From Squalus acanthias (Eukaryota): a stretch of DNA of 64,000 nt. Location: NCBI GenBank assembly GCA_030390025.1, contig CM059431.1, forward strand, positions 99,822,001 to 99,886,000, given 5' to 3'. Positions 12,390 to 24,900 of this stretch are shown piece after piece (within the stretch, counting starts at the first letter, position 1; the number at the start of each line of letters is the position of its first letter). The translations under genes and the position numbers were made by a program. The notes under the pieces were generated by a model that searched no databases, had not been told where the DNA came from, and was given only the letters and a program-made list of their open reading frames with translations.

Positions 12390-13310
12390 GAATTTCTAAA
12401 TTTGCCAATGACACCAAACTTGGGGGTGTGGCAAACAGTGATGATGATATCAATCGACTGCAACAGGACATAGGAAGGCTAGCAGAATGGGCAGACAAGT
12501 GGCAGGTGGAATTTAATACAGAGAAGTGTGAGGTGATGCATTTTGACTGAAGGAACAGGAAGAGGCAATATACACTTAATGGCACAGTTTTAAAGAGTGT
12601 GCAGGGACAGAGGGACCTGGGAGTTAATGTGCATAGGTCCCTGAAGGTGGCAGGACATATTGAGAGAGTGGTTAGCAAAGCATATGGGATCTTGGGCTTC
12701 CTAAATAGAGGTATTGAGTACAAAAGGAGAGAAGTTATGCTGAACCTTTATAAAGCTCTGGTTAGGCCACAACTGGAGTATTGCGTCCAGTTCTGGTCAC
12801 CGCACTTTAGGAAGGATGTGAAGGCACTTGAGAGGGTGCGGAGGAGATTTACCAGAATGGTTGTGGGGATGGGGGATCTTAGCTACAAGGACAGGTTGGA
12901 GAAGCTGGATTTGTTTTCATTAGAGCAAAGGAGGTTGAGGGGTGATTTGATAGAGGTGTACAAGATTATGACGGGTTTGGATAGGCTAGACGGGGACAGG
13001 CTGTTCCCACTAGTTGATGGTACAAGGACTAAGGGACACAGATTTAAGGTTTTGGGCAAGAGATACAGGGATGTGAGTAAAAACTTTTTTGCGCAGCGAG
13101 TGGTGAGGACCTGGAACTCGCTGCCGACGGAAGTGGTGGAAGTGGAGACACTCAATGTTTTCAAGGGGAGACTGGATAGGCACTTGAGGGAAATAAACCT
13201 GCAGGGCTACGGGGATAGAGCGGGGGAATGGGACTGACTGGATTGCTCTACAGAGAGCCGGCACGGACTCGCTGGGCCGAATGGCCTCCTTCTGTGCCAT
13301 TTTGACTATG
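12390..13310 (+). mobile_element. CR1 LINE 3' fragment
   Basis: ORF 12599-13237: RDLGVNVH...[13 protein letters not shown]...AGEWD*, followed by the tail. Confidence 0.93.
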
Positions 13311-13564
13311 AGAAGTTCCATATTTTCATTGTGGTGGGAAGAATGATTTAAGTGAAAGATTGTGTTGAGTCTTCATTTCACATGAGTGAGGAGGAGGAGA
13401 TTTTTGATAAGATGGAAAATAAGAAGTTTGGTAGCAACTGAATTTTAGCAGTAGCAATAAAATCCAGGATATGAGTTCAAGAATGTCTTTTTTTTAAAGA
13501 TATAGATTGCCATCTGATTCAAACATTCGGTTAAAACCATTTTAATGTTGTTGTTGTTCCACAG

Positions 13565-13763
13565 GAACTTTTTACACCGGAATGCAAGTTTAAGGAATCA
13601 GTGTACGAGAACTACTATGTGATCTACTCGTCAATGCTTTACAGACAGCAGGAATCTGGTCGGGCTTGGTATCTGGGTTTCAACAAGGACGGCCAAATCA
13701 TGAAGGGAAATCGCGTGAAGAAAACTAAACCAGCGTCTCATTTTCTGCCCAAACCATTGGAAG
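13565..13763 (+). CDS. FGF14: FGF14 (intracellular FGF/FHF4) penultimate coding exon, 199 bp
   Basis: cag| [67 protein letters not shown]|gtaaag. Phase 0 to phase 1. FGF11-14 core; ELFTPEC...[13 protein letters not shown] is FGF14-type. Confidence 0.96.
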
Positions 13764-13797
13764 GTAAAGAGCTCAAACGTCATCGGTCATGTTTCGT

Positions 13798-14215
13798 TTA
13801 TGGGATGTGGGCGTCACTGGCGAGGCCAGCATTTATTGCCCATGAGAAGGTGGTGGTGAGCCGCCTTGTTGAACCTTCTTTGTAGCGGTTTGGTGCCACT
13901 GAGTTTCTTGCTGGGCCATTTCAGAGGGCAGTTAAGAGTCATCCACTTTGCTGTGGGTCTGAAGTCACATATCGGCCAGACCGGGTAAGGGCGGCAGATT
14001 TCCTTCCCTAAAGGACATTAGTGAACCAGATGGGTTTTTGCAACAATTTCATGGTCACCATCACTGAAACTAGCTTTCTATTCCAGATTTATTTAATTGG
14101 CTGAATTTAAATTCCCCAGCTGCCTCTGGTGAGTTTTCAACTCACATCTTCTGGATCATTAGTCCAGGCCTCTGAATTACTAATCCAGTAACATTAGCAC
14201 TATGCTACCGTACCC
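13798..14215 (-). mobile_element. tRNA-head SINE whose 3' tail is shared with the LINE at 21070-21710
   Basis: The reverse complement starts gggtacggtagcatagtg... and ends ...gctcaccaccaccttctc...gggcaataaatgctggcctcgccagtgacgcccacatccc, the same tail as that LINE. Confidence 0.75.
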
Positions 14216-14329
14216 ATTATGTCATGCTGGACCAGTTAGTTACTAGATTATATGATACATATCACCAAACCTATCCATTTTTCATTGCTCGTTAGATTGC
14301 AGACTGTAAAATGCTCTAGAATGGTGGTA

Positions 14330-14920
14330 TTCCCTAAGCTCTGGAATTCCCTGCCTAAACCGCTCCGCCTCTCCGCCTCTCTCTCCTCCTTTAAGACACT
14401 CCTTAAAACCCACCACTTTGACCAAGCACCTGCCCTAATATCTCCTTACGTCGCTCGGTGTCAAAGTTTGATTGATAATCTCTCCTGTGGGATGTTTTAC
14501 TACGTTAAAGGCGCTATATAAATACAAGTTGTTGTTCATTGAATCGTAGAAATTTACGACACAGAAGGAGGCCATTCGGCCCATCGTGTCTGTGCCGGTT
14601 GTAGGACACTCAGTGATGAAGTCCTACATGAGCGATCCAGGAATGAATGGGATAAAGTCTGTATCCCACAGATCCCCCACCCCCCCCACCCCCTCCCCCC
14701 ATTGTGTATTATATTTGTAACACACCGATAAATACAAGTAAAAACTAGTTTTAAATAAATCTTTGGGAATAAGCAACTAATTTTTGGATATTAATGGAAT
14801 CAAGGGATATGGGGATAGGAAAGTGGAGATGAGGTCGATGATCAGCCACGATCTTATTAAATGGCGGAGCAGGCTCGAGGGGCCGAATGGCCGACTCCTG
14901 CTCCTGATTCTTATGTTCTT
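14330..14920. mobile_element. Cluster of short tails: L2 (+, ~14330-14535), CR1 (-, ~14540-14600), CR1 (+, ~14785-14920)
   Basis: Identity to tails of longer copies elsewhere in the window. Confidence 0.8.
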
Positions 14921-15184
14921 AACTGTCTCTTGATTGCAGAAAGGAGCCATTCTGACATCAACGCCAACAGTATAATCATTAATTAACGCACCTAAGCAAA
15001 GGTGTGATCAATCTCATTCATGAATTCAGAATGCCGGTTTAAACGCTGTAAAGTACAATTTGATAAGACGATAAATGTTAATTTAAGTTAGTTTTAATAA
15101 TGAAAGCGAGAGAATAAACTCTCAGACATTGTTTACTTTTATAAAGGGACTTCAGTTTACCTTTTTGGAGGTGTCGTAACTTGC

Positions 15185-17378
15185 ACCAAGTCCCGTTCGC
15201 CCATCACCCCCTGTGCTCGCTGACCTACATTGGCTCCCGGTTAAGCAACGCCTCGATTTCAAAATTCTCATCCTTGTTTTCAAATCCCTCCATGGCCTCG
15301 ACCCTCCCTATCTCTGTAATCTCCTCCAGCCCCACAACCCCCCGAGATATCTGCGCTCCTCTAATTCTGCCTCTTGAGCATCCCTGATTATAATCGCTCA
15401 ACCTTTGGTGGCCGTGCCTTCAGCTGCCAAGGCCCTAAGCTCTGGAATTCCCTCCCTAAACCTCTCCGCCTCGCTACCTCTCTTTCCTCCTTTAAGACGC
15501 TCCTTAAAACCTACCTCTTTGACCAAGCTTTTGGTCACATCGAATCATAGAAAGCTACAGCATGGAAGGAGGCCATTTCGGCCCATCGTGTCTGCACCGG
15601 CCAACAAAGAGCTATCCAACCTAATCCCACTTCCCAGCTCTTGGTCTGTAGCCCTGCAGGTTAGAGCATCCCAAGTACACATCCAAGTACTTTTTAAACG
15701 TGGTTAGGGTTCCTGCCTCTACCACCCTTTCAGGCAGTGAGTTCCAGACCCCCACAACCCTCTGGGTGAAGAAATTTCCCCTCAAATCCCCTCTAAACCT
15801 TCCCCCAATTACTTTAAATCTGTGCCCCCTGGTTTTTGACCCCTCTGCTAAAGGAAATACGTCCTTTCTATCCACTTTATCTATGCCCCTCATAATTTTA
15901 TACACCTCAATAAGGTCTCCCTTCAGCCTCCTCTGTTCCAAGGAAAACAGACCCAGCCTATCCAGTCTTTCCTCATAGCTAAGATTCTCTACTACCGGCA
16001 ACATCCTTGTAAATCTCCTCTGTACCCTCTCTAGTGCAATCACATCTTTCCTGTAATGTGGTGACCAGAACTGCACACAGTACTCTAGCTGAGGCCTAAC
16101 TAGTGTTTTATACAGTTGAAGCATAACCCCCCTGCTCTTGTATTCTATGCCACAGCTAATAAAGGCAAGTATTCCGTATGCCTTCTTAACCACCTTATCT
16201 ACCTGGCCTGCTACCTTCAGGGATCTGTGGGCATGCACTCCAAGGTCCCTTTGTTCCTCTACGCTACTCAGTGTCCTACCATTTAATGTGTATTCCCTTT
16301 CCTTGTTAACCCTCCCCAAATGCATTACCTCACCCGTCTCCGGATTGAATTCCATTTGCCACTGCTCTGCCCACCTGACCAATTTATTGATATCTTCCTG
16401 CAGTCTACAGCTTCCTTCTTCAGTTTCAACCACACAGCCGATTTTAGTATCATCTGCAAACTTCTTAATCATACCCCCTATATTCAAGTCTAGATCATTG
16501 ATATATACCACAAAAAGCAAGGGACCTAGTACTGAGCCCTGCGGAACCCCACTAGAAACAGCCTTCCAGTCACAAAAACACCCATCAACCATTACCCTCT
16601 GCTTCCTGCCTCCGAGCCAGTTTTGAATCCAACTTGACACTTTGCCCTGGATCCCATGGGCTTTTAACTTCATGACCAGTCTGCCATGTGGAACCTTATC
16701 AAAAGCCTTGCTAAAGTCCATATACACTACATCAAACGCACTACCCTCATCTACCCTCCTTGTTACCTCCTCAAAAAATTCAATCAAGTTTGTCAGACAC
16801 GACCTTCCCTTAACAAATCCGTGCTGACTGTCCTTGATTAATCCGTGTCTTTCTAAATGAAGATTTATCCTGTCCTTCAGAATTCTTTCCAATAATTTTC
16901 CCACCACCGAGGTTAGACTGACTGGCCTGTAATTACTCGGTCTATCCTTTTCTCCCTTTTTAAACAAGGGTACCACATTAGCAGTCCTCCAGTCCTCCGG
17001 CACCACACCTGAAGCCAGAGAGGATTGGAAAATGATGGTCAGAGCCTCTGCTATTTCCTCTTTTGCTTTGCTTAACAGTCTGGGATACATTTCATCCGGG
17101 CCTGGGGATTTATCCACTTTTAAAGCTGCTAAGCCCCTTAATACTTCCTCTCTCACTATGTTTATTTCATCTAATATTTCACACTCCTCCTCCCTGATAG
17201 CAATGTCTGCTTCACCCCTCTCCTTTGTGAAAACAGACGCAAAGTATTCATTAAGCACCCTGCCCTAATTTCTCCTTATGTGGCTCGATGTCAAATATGT
17301 TGTCTTCCAACTCTCCTGTGCAGCGCCTTGGGACGTTTTACTATGTTAAAGGCGCTATATAAATACAAGTTGTCATTG
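15185..17378 (+). mobile_element. L2 3' fragment (15185-15539 plus ~17258-17378) split by a CR1 insertion
   Basis: L2 tail ...gaccaagcttttggtcac|...ctgccctaatttctccttatgtggctcg is contiguous in other copies such as 18270-18310. Confidence 0.85.
15540..17258 (-). mobile_element. 5'-truncated CR1 with an uninterrupted 545-codon RT-containing ORF2 segment (15621-17258)
   Basis: KSPGPD, NYRPVSLTS, QHGF, DFSKAFDKV, GVPQGSVLGP and FADDTK motifs; no stop codons. Confidence 0.96.
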
Positions 17379-17699
17379 TTGTTCCGTCTGAGCATCTTCC
17401 TGCGAACCACCACCATTATGATTGCGATGCTTTTGGTGTAACTCTCTGATCTGAAGGTAATAAGGGGATGGTAGCTCCCCCGGTTGATCAACTGGTTAAA
17501 ACAGTAATTAGTCGAATGGCAAAGGCTTCTCTTCAATTACTGGCCTGTGGTAGTAGGGTAACTGATCCCAGCCACACAGTGATCGCGGGTGCAATACATA
17601 GCCCCAGCATCTACAACAACAACTTCATTTATATTGCGCCTTTAACGGACTTCAACGTTCCCAGGCGCTTTGCTCAGAGTTCCCAGTGAAATGCTGCCC

Positions 17700-18400
17700 T
17701 GAGCTGAGCTTTTGACCCCATTTCCTCACCATAGCCAAGTCGGCCTATTTCCACCTCCGTAACATCGCCCGTCTCTGCCCCTGCCTCAGCTCATCTGCTG
17801 CTGAAACCCTCGTCCAGGCCTTTGTCCCTTCCAGTCTTGACTATTCCGTCGCTCTCCTGGCCAGCCTCCCAGCTTCCACCCTCCGTAAACTTGAGCTCGT
17901 CCAAAACTCTGTTCCCCGTATCCAACTTCATCCCAAGTCCGGTTCACCCATCACCTCCTGTGCTCACTGACCTACATTGGCTCCCAGTCTGGCAAACCCT
18001 CGATTTTAAAATTCTCAATCCTTGTTTTCAAATCCCTCCATGGCCTCGCCCCCCTCCCTATCTCTGTAATCTCCTCCAGCCCTACAACCCTCCGAGATAT
18101 CTGCGCTCCTCCAATTCTGGCCTCTTGCGAATCCCCGATTTCCATCGCTCCACCATTGGCGGCCGTGCCTTCAGCTGCCTGGGCCCTAAGCTCTGGAATT
18201 CCCTCCCTAAACCTCTCCACCTCTCTCTCCTCCTTTAAGACGCCCCTTAAAACCTACCTCTTTGACCAAGCTTTTGGTCACCTGTCCTAATATCTCCTTA
18301 TGTGGCTCGGTGTCAAAATTTTGTCTGATAATCGCTCCTGTGAAGCACCTTGGGACGTTCATGTACCAGGTGCTATATAAATACAAGGCATTGTTGTTGT
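17700..18400 (+). mobile_element. L2 LINE 3' fragment
   Basis: YFHLRNIARL..., DLHWLPV, GGRAFS motifs; tail ending in (ttg)n. Confidence 0.88.
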
Positions 18401-18721
18401 TGATTAATAATTGGATTCTGTTCCTACTAAGTACCAGTTGCCACTTTGAATAACCTTTTTGTTTTCCGAATTGAAATATTTAACCTTTACTATTCCCTTG
18501 TGCTGTAGCACTGGTACTGAAGATCGAGTGCTGTGAATCTTGGAGCACTATTCCTTGTGAAGCAACAACTACACAATACTATATATCTATCTCGCAACTA
18601 ACGCAAATGGTCCCTTATGTCAGAATCTACTGCAAAATATTGGTTTTGCTGATGAAACTTAAGTGAAATAGGGCCTCGTGTCTCAGAAGTGATAGTGAGT
18701 TATCGGTGTGTTTCTACTTGT

Positions 18722-19065
18722 GATTTAGATAGAGTAAATCAAGAGAAACTGTTTCCAATGGCTGAAGGGTCGATAACCAGAGGGCACAGATTTAAGGTGA
18801 TTGGCAAAAGAACCAGAGGCGACATGAGGAAAATCTTTTTACGCAACGAGTGGTTAGGATTTGGAATGCGCTGCCTGAGAGGGCGGTGGGTACAGATTCA
18901 ATAGTGGCCTTCAAAAGGGAATTGGATAAATACGGGAAGGAGAAAAAATTGCAGAGATATGGGGAAAGAGCGGGGGGAGTGGGACTAACTGGATTGCTCT
19001 TCGAAAGAGCCAGCGCAGACTCGATGGGCCAAATGGCCTCCTTCTGCTATACTATTCTATGATTG
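18722..19065 (+). mobile_element. CR1 3' fragment
   Basis: LDRVNQEKLFP...TRGHRFK and the CR1 tail. Confidence 0.88.
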
Positions 19066-20211
19066 TGTGTTGAACTGTCACAAGCTACTTGTGCTTCAAG
19101 GAACAGTCACGGATACCTGCTGTAACTCATTGTCACTAGGCAGGTATCCTCTGACACCCACTTCCTTTAATCTGATCGGGAGAAACAGAAGTTATGCTCT
19201 TCAGTTATTATAAACATCCTTTCCACCTTTCAGAACAAGCTTGAATCTGGCTGAGATAGGGCATCCCTCTGTCTCTCTCTGGGGGTTGTTAATGAACCTT
19301 TCTGGCGAGTGTTTCTGGCACCTAAACTCCCGGTTTGGATAGGAATAACCTCTATATCAGATAAATGGTCTAAAATGTTCGATTGCATTAAGTGTTTCTT
19401 GGAGACCATGGGGCTGCCTGGTGTAAATAGGGTGGTTCTGGCTTAAAACGACATCAGTTAACGTTATGTGACCGCCATCTCGGTAGCGGCTGGAATGCCC
19501 ACCTGTTTCAGGCGGGAGGATCTCTTTAGATATGCAAATCGGTGCCCTATGATGTACGTAGGACCCTATTGGAATTTTATGGTACAAAATGTCTCATGCA
19601 CACTCTGCCGATCTGTCGTGGCAGTGAGCGGCCTAACCAGGGGTCCTTGAAGAGGCCACTCAAAAAAAAAATAGACCGAACCCACTTTCATCTTTTATTT
19701 TTGTGGGACCAGAGGAGCAGGATTGCTCCACAAAAATACTTTGGCGCGCTACCAACCACCCACCCCAGGATTGCCCCTACCCCCATCACCTCAGGTGAGC
19801 CGATATCCCAGTGGGCACACACAACTCGCCGGATCCATGCAAATAAGGCCCAGACAAAAGGTCATCAAACTGAAACGTTAACTCTGTTATTCACTTTGCA
19901 ATTGGCCGTGGGAGGGCGGGGCACCCTGAGGATGGACATGTTGGCCGGCCAATGACGGGAGTGTGGGAGCGGGCGGTTAGAGGTTGGAGGTCATGTGATT
20001 GGCCCGGGAGTTCATAGAATCATTCCGCACAGAAGGAGGCCATTCGGCCCATCGTGCCTGTGCCGGCTCTTTGAAAGGGCTCTCCAATTAGTCCCACTCC
20101 CCCCCTGCTCTTTCCCCACAGCCCTGCAAATTTTTCCTTTTCAAGTTTTTATCCAATTTCGGATATATTCACCGCTCTGGAATTTTTGACAGTGGTTGCG
20201 TTTCGCACTGG

Positions 20212-20705
20212 TCTTTCCCCCCCCCACCCCACCCCCACCCCTCCACACCCCCCCTCCCCCCTCCCCATCCCCCCTCCCACCCACCCCCAACCCCCCACCA
20301 CCCCCATCCACCCCACCACTCCACATCCCCCTCCCATCCACCCCTCCACACCCCCACCCCCCTCCTCCCCATCCACCCCTCCACACCCCCACCCCCTCCC
20401 CCCTCCCCCATCCACCCCCCTCCCATCCACCCCTCCCATCCACCCCTCCACACCCCCACCCCCCTCCCCCTGCCCTCCCCTCCACACCCCCATCCCCCCT
20501 CCCCTCCCCTCCCATCCCACCCCTCCACACACCCCCACATCTTCCTCACCCCTCCCCTGCCTCCCCTCCACACACCCCACCCCCCCCTCCCCTCCCCAGC
20601 CTCCCCTCCCAACCACCCTCCACACGCCCCACATCCTCCTCACCTCTCCTCCCTCCCACCTCAATCCAGCCCCCACCTCCCGTCCCACCCCCACCCCGCC
20701 TGAAT
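20212..20705. repeat. C-rich low-complexity tract (CCACCCCTCC-like), G-rich on the minus strand
   Basis: Base composition; produces spurious Pro- and Gly-rich ORFs. Confidence 0.9.
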
Positions 20706-21061
20706 CCTGCATTTGGAAGCTGCAGTTGCTGAGAATGGAATTCCATTAGCGGGGCCGTTAATTGTAACGGAAAACCATATTCCCCAGTTTTTCAATGAAG
20801 CAGGAATGTTCTTTGGAATGATCGCTCGTTGATTTTTGCTTATGCTAAAGTGACAAGCTCTGCATGTTAAAGAGGCATTATCCGGATGAGAAAGTGTTTG
20901 GCAAACTTCCTCTTGCTTGTAAATGATGCTGAAATATACTATTGGATCTGAAGTTGCAATAAAAATGATATCTGACTCCCCAGGTTCATATTCTTTGCTG
21001 AACTAAACCGTACGGTTTTGTCAGTGAACACATGTTCGCCAAGACAGGGCCCTTTTAATTA

Positions 21062-21710
21062 TTTTTTTTTAATTCGGCTGCGGGGTGTGAGCGTCGGTGA
21101 CAAGGCCAGCATTTATTGCCCATCCCTAATTGCCCTTGAGAAGGTGGTGCTGAGCCACCTTCTTGAACCGCTGCAGTCCGTGTGGTGAAGGTACTCCCAC
21201 AGTGCTGTTAGGGAGGGAGTTCCAGGATTTTGACCCAGCGACGATGATGGATCGGCCGATATATTTCTAAGTCAGGATGGTGTGTGACTTGGAGGGGAGT
21301 TTGGAGATGGTGGTGTTCCCATGCACCTGCTGCCCTTGTCCTTCTAGGTGGTAGAGGTCACGGGTTTGGGAGGTGCTGCCGAAGGAACCTTGGCGAGTTA
21401 CTGCAGTGCATCTTGTAGATGGTACACACTGCAGCCACGGTGCGCCGGTGGTGGAGGGAGTGAATGTTTAAGGTGGTAGATGGGGTGCCAATCAAGCGGG
21501 CTGCTTTGTCCTGGATGGTGTCGAGCTTCTTGAGTGTTGTTGGAGCTGCACTCATCCAGGCAAGTGAAGAGTATTCCATCACACTCCTTACTTGTGCCTT
21601 GTAGATGGTGGAAAGGCTTTGGGGAGTCAGGAGGTGAGACACTCGCCACAGAATACCCAGCCTCTGACCTGCTCTTGTTGCCACAGTATTCATATGGCTG
21701 GTCCAGTTAA
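21062..21710 (-). mobile_element. Non-LTR retrotransposon 3' fragment, a third LINE family (CR1/Jockey group; clade uncertain)
   Basis: ORF 21358-21693: RLGILWRVSHLLTPQSLSTIYKAQVRSVMEYSSLAW...LDTIQDKAARLI...SLHHRR, a post-RT region, followed by a tail. Confidence 0.85.
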
Positions 21711-21830
21711 GTTAAGTCCAGTTAATTGAAAGGTTGTAGCAATTTACAGTCAGTTGTGAACGTTATAAATGTGGCTTGTCAAAAGCTCGGAAGGCTATTT
21801 CACGTGTGCATTTTCTCCAATCATTTGCAG

Positions 21831-21967
21831 TTGCCATGTACCGAGAGCCATCGCTGCACGATATTGGTGAAACAGTACCGAAGAACGCAACGACCCCAAG
21901 TAAAAGCACAAGTACTTCTGTAATAATGAACGGAGGGAAACAAGTCAAAAAGAACAAATCAACATAG
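21831..21967 (+). CDS. FGF14: FGF14 terminal coding exon
   Basis: tttgcag|TT GCC ATG...: VAMYREPSLHDIGETVPKNATTPSKSTSTSVIMNGGKQVKKNKST*. Phase 1 matches the previous exon; FGF14-type C-terminus. Confidence 0.96.
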
Positions 21968-24900
21968 CCAGCCAGATCTTGGTGAGGACGTGAATTCCTA
22001 AACCATTACACTGTTGAGCGATTTATCCCTGGCAGACTCTCACCTCCTAATGTCTGTGGATCAGGTAAAGCAAGTGAACAATCTTTGGACAATTTCATTG
22101 CAAGCGGATAAATCCCAACGCGTAACTACTTCCACAACAAGAAGAAATCTGGATAACCAGCGGAACTCTGACCATGGATGTCCTACCAAGATAATGGAAT
22201 GCCTTTTATCTATTTCCTGTTAACTGTGACACTCCATGAGAATGACGTATTTCACAACTTGCATTTGGTACATTTGCCTGCTAAACACACACCCGAAAGA
22301 GTGTCTCTTTTTCGAGTCCAGTTCCCGGAGAAGGTTAAGTGTTTCAGACCTGTCGATTTGTAACACAGCAGACAGCAGTGGGATCCCAGATCATCGCTGT
22401 AAATCTCTGCTCATTTAGGACCAAGTCCCTCTCGCCTTTTATACATGGCTGTTCTATGCACTGTCCTAACCTCTTTTTTTTTTGCAGGGACTATTGTGTG
22501 TTTTTTGCTATCAAAGAAAAGTAGATGACGGGAAAATTAAAACGGCACCGCTGGTTTGACTCCAGCGTTGGATTGGAAACACAAACCGGTTATCAGGGAT
22601 CCTCGGTGAATACTATCGCGAGAAAGTGCATCAATGAGGAATAGAATCAGTGTCTCAGGCTATTGATTAGATGTGTAGAGGAAAAGATTGCGCAGAGACT
22701 GGTAAACTGTTCTGTTAGATTGGTGGCAATGTAGAGGGAATTGTGTCAATCACAATCAGTAGAAGGTGCTCAGATTAGCACCATGCTGCTGCACAGTTCT
22801 CTTCTTGTGATGTCGCGCTGTACACACCTGGGACTGGTGCCATTTGCCTGGTCCAGCGAGCAGGGCCCACTATCCCCAAATTGTGTGTGGGCTCTCGGAA
22901 ATCTGGGTAGACCATGTAGTCCATGCGCAAAAAGCCAACCCTTCCTTCCCTCCCAACCCTTCCTTCCCTCCTTCCCTCCCAACCCTTCCTTCCTTCCTTC
23001 CCTCCCAACCCTTCCTTCCCTCCCAACCTTTCCCTCCTTCCCTCCCAACCCTTCCCTCCTTCCCTCCCAACCCTTCCTTCCCTCCCAACCCTTCCTTCCC
23101 TCCCAACCCTTCCTTCCCTCCCAACCCTTCCTTCCCTCCCAACCCTTCCCTCCTTCCCTCCCAACTCTTCCCTCCTTCCCTCCCAACCCTTCCTTCCTTC
23201 CTTCCCTCCCAACCCTTCCTTCCCTCCCAACCCTTCCTTCCCTCCCAACCCTTCCCTCCTTCCCTCCCAACCCTTCCTTCCTTCCTTCCCTCCCAACCCT
23301 TCCTTCCTCCCAACCCTTCCTTCCTTCCTTCCTTCCCTCCCAACCCTTCCTTCCTTCCTTCCCTCCCAATCCTCCCTCCTTCCCCCACCACCACCTTTGG
23401 AGATTTTGGGCGACACTTTCACCAGCACGGGGCTGTGCTTTGACCCGGCCCATTTGGGAAAAGTCTGATTTTTCTGCTGAATTACAACAGATGCTGAAAA
23501 TGACAAGGCGTCAGGCCGTGACCCTCGCCCCGGCCACAAGAGGGGTCGCTCAAAGTAGATCGTTTTTGTTTTCATCGCGGAGGATATATATAAAAAAAGG
23601 ATTTTAATGGTTGTGACGGAGATTTGTGAGGGTTTTTTTTAATGTTTTTTCTTTAAGCTCAGCATGTGGTGCCGCTGTTAGCTGCCCATGAACCAGTTCA
23701 CCTCTAGCTGGGCTTTGGTGACTGGAAGCTGCTGCCTGCTGGTGGCTCAGTGCAGACCCTAAACCAAGACCCCAGTGGAAGAGCAGGCAATTGCCATCAG
23801 TCATATTAACCTTCAGTTCATTGATTTTCTCCGAACTATTCAGTTATTCTAAGTACTCAAAATAGTATTTTTTTTTCTAACCACAAAACGTCAAAAAGCT
23901 GGATTTTATTTTAAATTTGATTTGCTCCATATTTTTGCACCAATTTTTTCTTTGTTTTATGCTACTGAAAAGGGCAAGCCAGAAATCAGAAAATGAGTTG
24001 GCTGAAAAAGACCCAATATTGTTCTGACTCGAACCTCTGATTACTTAGCTAGGTGACCACAGCCAGCAGTTATCTCAGAAGTGCTGAAATGTTGATCAGA
24101 ACCAATACCAAAATATCTTTATTTTAACTCTGCCCCGCCAGTAATGTTGACCCGCGTTAGACATGAATTAGTTGGTTCAACATACTTTCGACTGTAATTC
24201 TAGCAAGTGAGAAGTGCTTTATTCTGATGTACATCAAAAATACTGAATAAAAAGTGGAGATGTTCTTAATTCCTGAGCGTGGGACTCAAAGGGAAAATCA
24301 AACTAAGTAAAATGGCAAAAAAATTATAATTAATTCAGGAAAAAGCTATCCTTAATACACAATGACACTATCATCAAAATGAATTCTAGTAACCGTCCCA
24401 TACACCTCTCGCGAAGCGTTCATTTCTTGAATGAAAATTACTTTTAAAACATGTTTACGAACACCACTGCCTCAGAACAAAGATTAAAGAGTCGTGAGCT
24501 TCATGGCCGAGTAGGCCACTTACTATAAAATATAACAAGGTTCAACTCAATGGAGAATGGAAATCACACAAAAGGCAATTACAACGGGACAGAAAACGGA
24601 GAGAAGTGTGAATACCGAGTTCAATTTTTTTAAATCAGAAAGGAATGTGTCGCTGCACTGTGAGCTGTGTCATTATCTCAGAGAAGGAAAGGGACATTTA
24701 GTGTCCAGGAATCTGATGAGCGGGCCTTTATGAATAAGAATTCTAAAAGCCAAGCTTTGTACTATTTAAAAGCCATTCTGTCGTCTGGTACTATTCAGTA
24801 TGTTTCGACCATTTTATTTACAGCCAGATATTACAAACATTGTCATTTTCTCATCAGGTTTACTTGTAATATAGATGGCCCGAGTCTTTCTTGCATTACA

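Noticed and set aside
13764..13885. ORF extension beyond the FGF14 exon
   Set aside because: It reads through the GT donor into the intron and a SINE tail.
21965..21985. Stop-codon readthrough of FGF14 (TAG-C followed by a stem)
   Set aside because: An in-frame TGA follows after five codons; there is no meaningful extension.
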